From positions 1 through 40,670 of the forward strand of contig CAZPRG010000001.1 in NCBI GenBank assembly GCA_964588675.1: a stretch of 40,670 nt of DNA. The letters run 5' to 3'. The DNA comes from an uncultured Ignavibacteria bacterium. GTDB lineage: Bacteria; Zixibacteria; MSB-5A5; SM1-73. Below, piece by piece: positions 28,378 through 35,675 of this stretch (the stretch's first letter is position 1; every line of letters begins with the position of its first letter). The notes beneath the pieces were generated by a model, which saw nothing but the letters and a program-made list of their open reading frames with translations, ran no database searches and was not told where the DNA came from. A program made the position numbers and the translations under genes.

Positions 28378-28750
28378 ATTCGCAAACCGACGTGGGTTGG
28401 GCGTCTGTCCTCGGCCATCAATGGTTGCCTTCCCTTGGCCCTAGCTTAAGCGGTAATAAGCGAAATGCAACCAGGCGTGTCAACATGGAAATAGCGGCCG
28501 GGTCCGGGGCGGATCTCGTCCCCGGGTGTCGTCTCACTGGTCTTCGACGGACGGTATTGCCAGACTTTGGTGCGTGTGCAACCCGCAGCCGAGATATGAA
28601 TCGAAACCTCCAGGGTCCCCTCTCGTAGGAATAACTGAAGAAACGACAAGTTGCAGCCGTGATTTCATCCGGCGAAGCACGACCGGCGAAAAGCAGACCT
28701 TTGACCCTTTCTGCGGGATGAGGAAAACACTCCTAAAACACGGAGGACTT

Positions 28751-29821
28751 ATGAGATCGATGCGTCTTTTTAGTCTTGTGATTTTCCTTGCGGCGATGGT
28801 GGTCGCATCCGGAACTCTGTGGGCCTATGACCGAACCGAAACCTTCGAGTTCGAGGGCGTTCAGTCGATCCGCGTCAAGACGGTTTGCGGCGGTTTGGAG
28901 ATAGTCCCGGGTGAGACGAACCAATTCGTCGTGGTGGTAGAAAACCGGCTCGACAATCCCAAGCTTTTCAAGCGCAGGGTGGAAACCAGCCGCGGCAGGC
29001 TGCTTATCGACGAGGACTTTCTGGGAAGAACCGTCAACGGAGGCACTCATTGGACGATTTACGTGCCCCCGTCCGCCAAGCTCGAGTCGGTGGAGTTTTC
29101 CACTGCCTCGGGAGATTTCAGTCTGGAGCAGGTGGATGTAGATTTGGTGGAAACCGATATCGCCTCCGGGCCGGTGCATATCAACTCCGTTGAGGCAAAG
29201 GAGTTCGATCTCTCCACCGCGTCGGGCTCCGTAGAGATTGAAGACTGCCAGGTGGAGATGATCGATGCCGAATCCGCGTCCGGAAACGTGGAGGCCAGGG
29301 ACGTCAAGGCCCGGAAGCTGGAGCTTTCCACGGCCTCCGGGGATGTGGACGTCCGCTTGTGCGACGCGGTCCGCCTCAAGGCCAGCTCGGCCTCGGGAGA
29401 AGTGCAGGTGGAATCGGTCAACTGCAATGACATGGACCTATCCAGCGCTTCGGGCAGGGTGGTGATGCGGGATTGTCGGGTGGACGAGTCGGCCGAGATG
29501 TCCTGCGCCAGCGGCGACGTGCAAGCCAGTCTCTCTCGTCTTCCTGCCAATCTGCTGCATGCCTCCACTGCCAGCGGCGACGTGCTGCTGGAGGTGGACG
29601 ACTTCGGCGAGAATTTCACCATGACGCTGACCAAGCGAGCGGACCGGGGAAGAATAAGGTGTCCCTTCGAATACACGGAGAAGGAGACCTTGAGGCTGAG
29701 CCGGGGTGACGATTATCTCACCGACCGCTATCTGGTAGAGCGCGGCACAGGCGGACCGGAGGTGGAACTGTCGACCGCCAGCGGGACCATCCGGGTGGAC
29801 ACAGATAGCAAAGGCAGATGA
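28751..29821 (+). CDS. Secreted DUF4097-type beta-strand repeat protein, (S/T)ASG(D/x)V variant
   Basis: From ATG 28751 (GGAGG 4 nt upstream): signal-like MRSMRLFSLVIFLAAMVVASGTLWA. Ten roughly 19-aa repeats (TASGDFSL, IASGPVHI, TASGSVEI, SASGNVEA, TASGDVDV, SASGEVQV, SASGRVVM, CASGDVQA, TASGDVLL, TASGTIRV). The longest ORF starts at 28526; ATG 28718 is another option. Confidence 0.8.
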   Translation: MRSMRLFSLVIFLAAMVVASGTLWAYDRTETFEFEGVQSIRVKTVCGGLEIVPGETNQFVVVVENRLDNPKLFKRRVETSRGRLLIDEDFLGRTVNGGTHWTIYVPPSAKLESVEFSTASGDFSLEQVDVDLVETDIASGPVHINSVEAKEFDLSTASGSVEIEDCQVEMIDAESASGNVEARDVKARKLELSTASGDVDVRLCDAVRLKASSASGEVQVESVNCNDMDLSSASGRVVMRDCRVDESAEMSCASGDVQASLSRLPANLLHASTASGDVLLEVDDFGENFTMTLTKRADRGRIRCPFEYTEKETLRLSRGDDYLTDRYLVERGTGGPEVELSTASGTIRVDTDSKGR

Positions 29822-29910
29822 GCAGCGACCACCGGGTTAGCCCTGAGGTGGTGATTGTGCTGGCAGAAGGTCTTGTGCTGACGGTCTGATCCTGTGGAGT
29901 GACATCTTCG

Positions 29911-31176
29911 TCAGCTTGCGGCAGACCGGCCAGCAAGCCATCCCGTGGAGAACGCCGCCTGCAGGTTGTAGCCTCCGGTGTCGGCATCCAGGTCCAGCAC
30001 TTCACCGGCGAAGTAAAGTCCCTTCACCACACGCGATTCCATGGTGCGCGGGTCGATTTCTTTGGTGTCCACCCCGCCGGCGGTGACGGTAGCCTCGGCC
30101 AGGGGACGGTATCCGGTGACCTTCAGGCGAAAATCCTTCAACCACAGTCGCAGCCGCCTGCGCTCTTCGGCGGTGACTTGATGCCCCGACTTGTCCGGGG
30201 AGACCCCTATCGAATCCACGCAAACCGGGACCAGTTTTCCGGGAAGCAGTCTTCCCAGCAGCGTACGAAACTTCCGCTTGCCGTGAGCCTCAAGATCGCG
30301 AAGCAAGTGAAAATCCAACTCGCGCTCGTCAAGATCCGGCTCCAGATCGATGGATAGCTCGACTTCCTGTTTCAGACGCAGCGCGTCCACAATCTGCCGG
30401 CTCAGAGAGAGGATCATCGGCCCTGAGAGTCCGAAGTGGGTGAAGATCATTTCGCCGGAAACCTCTGCCCGTTTCTTCCCTTCGATCCACACCCGAACTC
30501 TGGCGTCGCTCAGGCTCAAACCCTGCAACCTGCGGGCCACCTGGCCCGCGGTCTTGATGGGAACCAACGCCGGCCGAATGGGCACGATGGTGTGTCCCAC
30601 GGACTCAGCCAGCCGGTACCCGTCTCCGGTCGATCCGGTGTCGGGGTATGATGCCCCGCCGGTCGCGACGATGACAGCCTCTGCTCGATAAGCCCCCGAC
30701 TCCGGATGAGATCCGCTCAAGAGCTTCTTCGAATGTGAAGAAACCGGGGACACCTCCACTCCGGTTATTTGCCCTCCATCCACCAGCAGCCGGTTCACCG
30801 GCGATTGAGTGCGCAACGTCACGCCGCATTCGCCGATCCATCTGATCATTGCGTCCGTCACATCCTGGGCCCGGTTCCCCACCGGAAAGATCCGCCCGTC
30901 CGGCTCGGTCACAGTCCGGACGTCCAGACCTTCAAGAAACTCCACCAAATCAGAGGTGAAGAAGCGGTTGAAACTCTGGCGAAGGAAGCGACCGTTGGCT
31001 CCGAAATGTGTGATGAAATCCGCCAACGAAGCGACGTTGGTCAGATTGCATCGTCCTTTGCCGGTGATGCGCAGCTTGAGCCCGGGCCGGTGCTTTTTTT
31101 CGAGAAGCAGGGTTTCCGCCCCCATTTCGGCAGCCTGGCCCGCGGCCATGAGTCCCGCGGGACCTCCGCCGACCAC
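29911..31176 (-). CDS. HI0933/BaiN-like NAD(P)/FAD-dependent flavoprotein
   Basis: GGGPAGLMAAGQAAEMGAETLLLEKK, GKGRCNLTN, and C-terminal GGYNLQAAFSTGWLAG. The annotated GTG 31176 sits inside the Rossmann beta1-GxGxxG, and the in-frame upstream codons read HQVIVV. The real start must therefore lie upstream, but no ATG/GTG/TTG exists before the in-frame stop at 31294-31296. Confidence 0.8.
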   Translation of the reverse strand: MVGGGPAGLMAAGQAAEMGAETLLLEKKHRPGLKLRITGKGRCNLTNVASLADFITHFGANGRFLRQSFNRFFTSDLVEFLEGLDVRTVTEPDGRIFPVGNRAQDVTDAMIRWIGECGVTLRTQSPVNRLLVDGGQITGVEVSPVSSHSKKLLSGSHPESGAYRAEAVIVATGGASYPDTGSTGDGYRLAESVGHTIVPIRPALVPIKTAGQVARRLQGLSLSDARVRVWIEGKKRAEVSGEMIFTHFGLSGPMILSLSRQIVDALRLKQEVELSIDLEPDLDERELDFHLLRDLEAHGKRKFRTLLGRLLPGKLVPVCVDSIGVSPDKSGHQVTAEERRRLRLWLKDFRLKVTGYRPLAEATVTAGGVDTKEIDPRTMESRVVKGLYFAGEVLDLDADTGGYNLQAAFSTGWLAGRSAAS

Positions 31177-31252
31177 GATGACTTGATGTCCTATCTTATG
31201 TCTCGTATCGGACCCCTCTCTTTGGTCGTCCCAAATGCAAGAGCCGTCGTAA

Positions 31253-31287
31253 GATAAAAACCGGTCGCAGAAACCACAACCGGTTTT
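31253..31287 (-). terminator. Candidate intrinsic terminator closing the tRNA transcription unit
   Basis: On the minus strand: AAAACCGGT-(13-nt loop)-ACCGGTTTT followed by TATCTT. The stem arms are + strand 31257-31265 and 31279-31287. The A/T flanks make it potentially bidirectional. The long loop lowers confidence. Confidence 0.35.
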
Positions 31288-31474
31288 GTCTGGCTAGGTG
31301 AAAACAGGTATGGCAAGGAGCGCTTAGATCATCTCATGCAACCATAGACATTCTCTCGATGCTGTTCACACAGCAGGATTTCCCGTTTCACGGCAAGTGA
31401 TGGTTGCCGACAGATTCGAACCGCCTGTATTGTTGACAAAGGCTAAAAGAGATAACTTCTCAGATGCAAAAAAG

Positions 31475-31549
31475 CGTCCCCAACCGGATTTGAACCGGTG
31501 TCGCCGCCGTGAAAGGGCGGTGTCCTAGACCAGACTAGACGATGGGGAC
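31475..31549 (-). tRNA. tRNA-Glu (anticodon UUC)
   Basis: The reverse complement reads GTCCCCATCGTCTAGTCTGGTCTAGGACACCGCCCTTTCACGGCGGCGACACCGGTTCAAATCCGGTTGGGGACG. It has a 7-bp acceptor stem, an anticodon stem CCGCC/GGCGG with loop CUUUCAC, and a T-arm CCGG-TTCAAAT-CCGG. It is near-identical in layout to E. coli tRNA-Glu. CCA is not encoded. Confidence 0.95.
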
Positions 31550-31668
31550 GAGCGAGCTTCGCTTGTCTTCAGTTTGTTGTTCGTGGTTGATGGTTGGTGG
31601 CCAGATCCCGAGACTCTTTTCACCAACCATGAACTCTGGACCATTTGCCATCCCGCCTTGGGCGGGAT

Positions 31669-31742
31669 CGCGCCTAGAGGGACTCGAACCCCCAACCCTC
31701 TGATCCGAAGTCAGATGCTCTATCCAGTTGAGCTATAGGCGC
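31669..31742 (-). tRNA. tRNA-Arg (anticodon UCG)
   Basis: The reverse complement reads GCGCCTATAGCTCAACTGGATAGAGCATCTGACTTCGGATCAGAGGGTTGGGGGTTCGAGTCCCTCTAGGCGCG. It has acceptor GCGCCTA/TAGGCGC, D-arm GCTC/GAGC, anticodon stem TCTGA/TCAGA with loop CUUCGGA, and T-arm GGGGG-TTCGAGT-CCCTC. CCA is not encoded. Confidence 0.95.
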
Positions 31743-31764
31743 AGAATCTGCCTTCACTTGGCCG

Positions 31765-31793
31765 AATATAACCGGATCGGGCTCGAAGGTCAA
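31765..31793 (-). promoter_or_regulatory. Sigma70-type promoter of the tRNA-Arg/tRNA-Glu unit
   Basis: The minus strand reads TTGACC (31793-31788), a 17-nt spacer, TATATT (31770-31765), then 22 nt to the tRNA-Arg 5' end. It lies immediately downstream of the cysS terminator. Confidence 0.6.
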
Positions 31794-31851
31794 CAGGAAA
31801 TTGCGGTAAGTTGGTGAAACCACGTGCCGCACGGTGATTACAAGTCTTCCT

Positions 31852-31890
31852 AATTGAAAACCCCGTCCGCATGTTCGACTTGGACGGGGT
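31852..31890 (-). terminator. Rho-independent terminator of cysS (bidirectional architecture)
   Basis: 9-bp GC-rich stem ACCCCGTCC / GGACGGGGT (31860-31868 / 31882-31890) with a 13-nt loop. On the minus strand it is followed by TTTCAATT, and on the plus strand by CTTGTTTTCG. It sits about 40 nt after the cysS stop. Confidence 0.7.
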
Positions 31891-31930
31891 CTTGTTTTCG
31901 AGAGATTAGGCCCGACGACCGTGACCGGCT

Positions 31931-33328
31931 TTACATCTTCTTCTTCCACTTGGTGCCTTCAGCCGTGTCTTCCAGAATGATGCCCCGATCCTCCAGATCC
32001 TTTCTTATCTGATCCGCCAGCTGGAAGTTCTTTTCCTTTCGCGCCTGGATTCTTTTGTCTATCAGGGCCTTCACTTCGTCATCCAGGGTCAACTTCTCCC
32101 TTCTCAGGATGCCCAAGACCGAGTCGAGGCTGCTCACCAAATCCTGAGTCCTCTGAGCATCCGACTTCGAGATCTTCTTCTCGTCCATCAACCTATTGAC
32201 ATCCTTAACCAGCGTAAAGAGGACGCCCAGAGCTTCCGAGGTATTCAGATCGTCGTCCAGCGCTTCTTCGAAATCCTTCCTGGCTCTCTGCAGGATTTCC
32301 TGGACCTCCGGATTCTCCTCTCCGCCTGGCACCAGCTTGAGATTATCCACGAAATCATACAGCCTCTGAAGACCATTCTTGGCGGCCTCCAGTCCGTCGA
32401 AGGTGAAGTTCAACTGCTGTCGGTGGTGGGTGGCCATAAGCAGATACCTTATGGCGATGGGATTGTACCCTTTCTCCAGCAGATCGCGCAAGGTGTAATA
32501 ATTGCCGAAGCGTTTGCCCATCCTCTTCCCTTCGACCATCAGATGCTCGTTGTGCAGCCAGAAGTTGACGAACTTCTCTCCCGTGGCCGCCTCCGACTGG
32601 GCGATTTCATTCTCATGGTGCGGAAAGATGAGGTCCACGCCGCCGGTGTGGATGTCGAAGTGCTTTCCCAGGTATTTCATGCTCATGGCGGAGCACTCGA
32701 TGTGCCAGCCGGGTCGACCTTTTCCCACTTCTGTCTCCCAGAAAACCTGACCGTCTTTTTCGTCCCATCCTTTCCACAGGGCGAAATCCGCCACCTGTTC
32801 TTTCTCGTATTCATCCGCGGCTACCCTGGCCCCGGCCTTCAGTCCGGACATGTCCATGCGAGAGAGCTTTCCATATTGGGGAAAGGAGGATATCCGAAAG
32901 TAGATCGATCCCTGGTTCTCGTAGGCATGCCCTTTCGCCAACAAGGTTTTGACCAAAGACTCCATTTCCGATATGTGGGCGGTCGCCTCGGGATAGATGT
33001 CGGCGGGCTTGATGTTCAGGCTGTTCAGGTCTTCGAAGAATGCCTTCTTGAATTTCTCCGTATACTGGCGCAACGCAATTCCCTGTTTTTGCGAGCCGTT
33101 TATGGTTCTGTCGTCCACATCGGTTATGTTGAGAGCCTGAGTGACCCGGTAACCCTTGTACTTCAGATAGCGGCGAAGGACGTCCGTAAAAACATAAGCC
33201 CTGAAGTTGCCGATGTGAGCGAAGTCATACACCGTAGGTCCGCAGCTGTACATTCTGACCTCGCCGGGATGAACCGTATAGAACTCCTCTTTCTGTCTGG
33301 TTAGCGTATTGAAAAATCGCAGAGCCAT
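31931..33328 (-). CDS. cysS: Cysteine--tRNA ligase
   Basis: MALRFFNTLTRQKEEFYTVHPGEVRMYSCGPTVYDFAHIGNFRAYVF (HIGN class-I motif), GWHIECSAMS, HHENEIAQSEA. Confidence 0.95.
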   Translation of the reverse strand: MALRFFNTLTRQKEEFYTVHPGEVRMYSCGPTVYDFAHIGNFRAYVFTDVLRRYLKYKGYRVTQALNITDVDDRTINGSQKQGIALRQYTEKFKKAFFEDLNSLNIKPADIYPEATAHISEMESLVKTLLAKGHAYENQGSIYFRISSFPQYGKLSRMDMSGLKAGARVAADEYEKEQVADFALWKGWDEKDGQVFWETEVGKGRPGWHIECSAMSMKYLGKHFDIHTGGVDLIFPHHENEIAQSEAATGEKFVNFWLHNEHLMVEGKRMGKRFGNYYTLRDLLEKGYNPIAIRYLLMATHHRQQLNFTFDGLEAAKNGLQRLYDFVDNLKLVPGGEENPEVQEILQRARKDFEEALDDDLNTSEALGVLFTLVKDVNRLMDEKKISKSDAQRTQDLVSSLDSVLGILRREKLTLDDEVKALIDKRIQARKEKNFQLADQIRKDLEDRGIILEDTAEGTKWKKKM

Positions 33329-33419
33329 GGCGTTTTCCTCAACTTGTCGTCGATTATCTTAACTTCGAGCCGTAGTTGCCCGATTCCCGGATGGGACCGT
33401 CTGGTTATCGGGCCTGAAC

Positions 33420-33502
33420 CGCCCAATGAATTATGCGACTGCAGCGTTGTGGAATCCTTGTCGCTCGATTTCTCCGCTGCACACTGCCCAATGAATTGGG
33501 CA
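33420..33502. promoter_or_regulatory. Pair of related palindromes in the cysS 5' region (possible operator or RNA hairpins)
   Basis: tgcccaatGAattgggca (33485-33502) has perfect 8-nt arms. cgcccaatGAattatgcg (33420-33437) has 2 arm mismatches. They share a 12-nt core gcccaatgaatt, centre to centre 65 bp, and lie 92-174 nt upstream of the cysS ATG (33328). Confidence 0.4.
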
Positions 33503-33548
33503 ACTACAACCCCTCCCTCTGAGATTTATTCCACACATGTCTTATCGC

Positions 33549-34295
33549 TCAGTTTTGGAACAAACTTGACACCGTTTGGGGCAGTTCCTGTAACCGGTGG
33601 ATTTCGGCATCCGGCTTAACCGGCGCGGAATAGTCCCTCCCCTCGTGCCTGGCTAGGATCGCCTTCATCCCCACCTTTTGCGCCCCTCCCACATCCTCCA
33701 CCAGTCTGTCGCCGACGAAAACCGCCTCGGAGGCGTTCACGCCCAGATCGTTCAATGTCTTCAAAAACGTCTCGGGATGAGGTTTCCTCAATCCCATCTC
33801 TGAGGAGAAGTGATACGCGTCCAGATAGGGAAGAAGCCCGAAGCTCTTGAGTTCCCTCAGGTGGTATTCCTTCGGGAAAATAGTATTCGACACCAACCCG
33901 ATCTTCAGATTGATCCCCCTGAATTCTCTCAGAATCTCTGGGGCGCCGTCGATCAGAGTCAACTGCTCCGTAATGGGCTGATAATAGGCCTCCAGGTAAT
34001 TCCGGCAAAGTCCATCGGAGGCCGGTACATTCAAAGAAGCGCACAAACTTCGGGCCACCTGCTCGGCCCGAAACTCCTTCAGGCTGTCCTGCACCTGATT
34101 GCGAGCCTTCAAGAATTCCCCGTCGAGAGCCCTGGTGAATTCTGGAAATCCAGGCAAGTTGAAATCTCTCTTCGTCAGAAAGTCGTACCCCCTCTCCGCG
34201 CACAGCTTGCCCAGTACCTCCCAGGTCGAGTTTTCGAACTCAATCAGGGTGCTGCCCATGTCAAACAGGATGGCCTTCAGCTCGCTCTTTTTCAT
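33549..34295 (-). CDS. HAD-superfamily hydrolase (subfamily IA-like)
   Basis: From ATG 34295 (AAGGA 8 nt upstream): MKKSELKAILFDMGSTLIEF (motif I, with Gly in place of the second Asp), LVSNT (motif II), and FVGDRLVEDVGGAQKVG (motifs III/IV). Confidence 0.8.
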   Translation of the reverse strand: MKKSELKAILFDMGSTLIEFENSTWEVLGKLCAERGYDFLTKRDFNLPGFPEFTRALDGEFLKARNQVQDSLKEFRAEQVARSLCASLNVPASDGLCRNYLEAYYQPITEQLTLIDGAPEILREFRGINLKIGLVSNTIFPKEYHLRELKSFGLLPYLDAYHFSSEMGLRKPHPETFLKTLNDLGVNASEAVFVGDRLVEDVGGAQKVGMKAILARHEGRDYSAPVKPDAEIHRLQELPQTVSSLFQN

Positions 34296-34459
34296 GCTGA
34301 TTTCCTTCGATTCCACAAAAGCCACGAAAATCCGGCCTCGCGGGCCGAATGGGGAATTAATTCAAATACGCTCGCCGGAGAGCTTTGTTTATCGTTTTCG
34401 AGCGGCACGGGCAGGGATGCCTGCGCCACCAAGCCAGCCCGTTGGGGCGGATGCAGATA

Positions 34460-35491
34460 CTATTTCGATTTCTTCTTCAAAGCCAAATTGGCGATTCTGT
34501 CGACCAGTTCCGGGAACTCAATTCCCAGACCTTTGGCGGCCATAGGGACAAGGCTTAAGGAGGTCATGCCGGGGAGAGTATTCACTTCCAGACAGTAGAA
34601 CTTGTCGTCTTCTCCGTATCGGAAATCCACCCTGGCGTATCCTTCGCATCCCAGGGACTGGAAGGCATTCAAGCCCAGAGCCTGAATCTCTTTGGCCTTC
34701 TGATCGGGAATCTCGGCGGGACAGACATACTTGCTCTTGCCGTGCGTGTACTTACAGTGATAATCGTATATGCCGTGTTCCGGTATGATCTCCACCACTG
34801 GCAAGGGCGTTTCACCGAGAACACCCACGGTCAGCTCTCTGCCCGGTATGTATTTCTCCACAAGAATATGACCGGAGTACAAAGCGGCACAGTCGACAGC
34901 CTTCTCCAGTTCGTTTTTCTGTTCGACGACCGTAAACCCCACGGTCGAACCCTGATCGTTGGGCTTAACCACACAGGGGAAACCGAAACCTGATTCGATT
35001 CTTGCCGCAACGGAGGAGAGATCATCCGACTGTGCACGTTGCAGCGAGAACCACTCAGGGGTCGGTATCCCTTCACGCTCGAATATCTTCTTGGACATGG
35101 CCTTGTCCATGGATAAGGCGCTGGCCAGCACGCCCGATCCGGTGTATGGTTTGCCGGTCAGATCCAAAAGGGCCTGGATGGTTCCGTCCTCGCCCTGTCC
35201 TCCGTGAAGTGCCAGGAATATCACGTCGACTTGGGAGAAATCGAAGGCATGGATCGCCTCCAGAGCCTGCTGCTTGTCGGCTCTCTCCAAGTCCTTCACG
35301 TCGGGCGGCTTCGCTTTCACTCCTCCGGGTATGTATTTCCCATCATCCGAGAGAAGTTTGTTTCCTTGTGCCGTATCCAACGCCAGCACCTGATGCCCCA
35401 CGCTCTTCAGCGCCTTGACTATGGCCTCGCCGGAGGCCAAGGACACGTCTCTCTCCGCCGAGGTTCCTCCCATTAGCACCAGGATCTTCAA
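34460..35491 (-). CDS. ddl: D-alanine--D-alanine ligase
   Basis: TTG start with AAGGAG 6 nt upstream. MKILVLMGGTSAERDVSLASGEAI, ALHGGQGEDGTIQALLDL, ATP-grasp VVKPNDQGSTVG, and EVNTLPGMTSLSLVP. Confidence 0.95.
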   Translation of the reverse strand: MKILVLMGGTSAERDVSLASGEAIVKALKSVGHQVLALDTAQGNKLLSDDGKYIPGGVKAKPPDVKDLERADKQQALEAIHAFDFSQVDVIFLALHGGQGEDGTIQALLDLTGKPYTGSGVLASALSMDKAMSKKIFEREGIPTPEWFSLQRAQSDDLSSVAARIESGFGFPCVVKPNDQGSTVGFTVVEQKNELEKAVDCAALYSGHILVEKYIPGRELTVGVLGETPLPVVEIIPEHGIYDYHCKYTHGKSKYVCPAEIPDQKAKEIQALGLNAFQSLGCEGYARVDFRYGEDDKFYCLEVNTLPGMTSLSLVPMAAKGLGIEFPELVDRIANLALKKKSK

Positions 35492-35507
35492 TTTGGCTCC
35501 TTTTCAA

Positions 35508-35675
35508 GACCCGTCCGCAGTCCGTGGTCCGCGGCTAAACCCTATTTGCCAGTCGCTGCGGTCTCACTTGATCCGTTTAATCCGTTACATCCGTCGACAG
35601 CTCTTTGCGTCCACCGTCGACCGTCCACTGCGACTTCATTCCATCCGTTCAATCCGCTGCGTCCGTTGACCGTTT
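35508..35675 (-). repeat. ACGGA/TCCGT-rich short-period intergenic repeat array A (dedA|ddl spacer)
   Basis: On the + strand there are 6 exact TCCGT plus 3 TCCGC. There are two runs of three 9-nt phased units: atccgttta|atccgttac|atccgtcga (35571-35597) and atccgttca|atccgctgc|gtccgttga (35643-35669). Heptamer-phased gtccacc|gtcgacc|gtccact spans 35609-35629. Confidence 0.8.

Noticed and set aside
28378-28420. c-di-GMP-I (GEMM) riboswitch, suggested by GCAAACC...GGG near the divergent methyltransferase / DUF4097 promoter region.
   Set aside because: The second conserved half (GGGACGCAAAGCC-like segment and paired P1/P2 layout) is absent. The match is a single short word.
28701-28735. A third TTGACC -35 hexamer (28701-28706) with a 17-nt spacer upstream of the second DUF4097 gene, considered as a promoter.
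   Set aside because: The would-be -10 is AAAACA, a poor match. It is not reported as a feature, although the recurrence of TTGACC-N17 at three sites (20906, 28701, 31793) is noted.
31401-31474. A third complete tRNA gene downstream of tRNA-Glu.
   Set aside because: Only a T-arm and a 3' acceptor strand are present. The 49 nt upstream are AU-rich, with no complementary 5' acceptor strand, D-arm or anticodon arm. It is reported as a finding instead.
31674-31949. 91-aa minus-strand ORF downstream of cysS.
   Set aside because: It overlaps tRNA-Arg, the tRNA promoter and the cysS terminator hairpin. The region is fully explained by those RNA and regulatory features.
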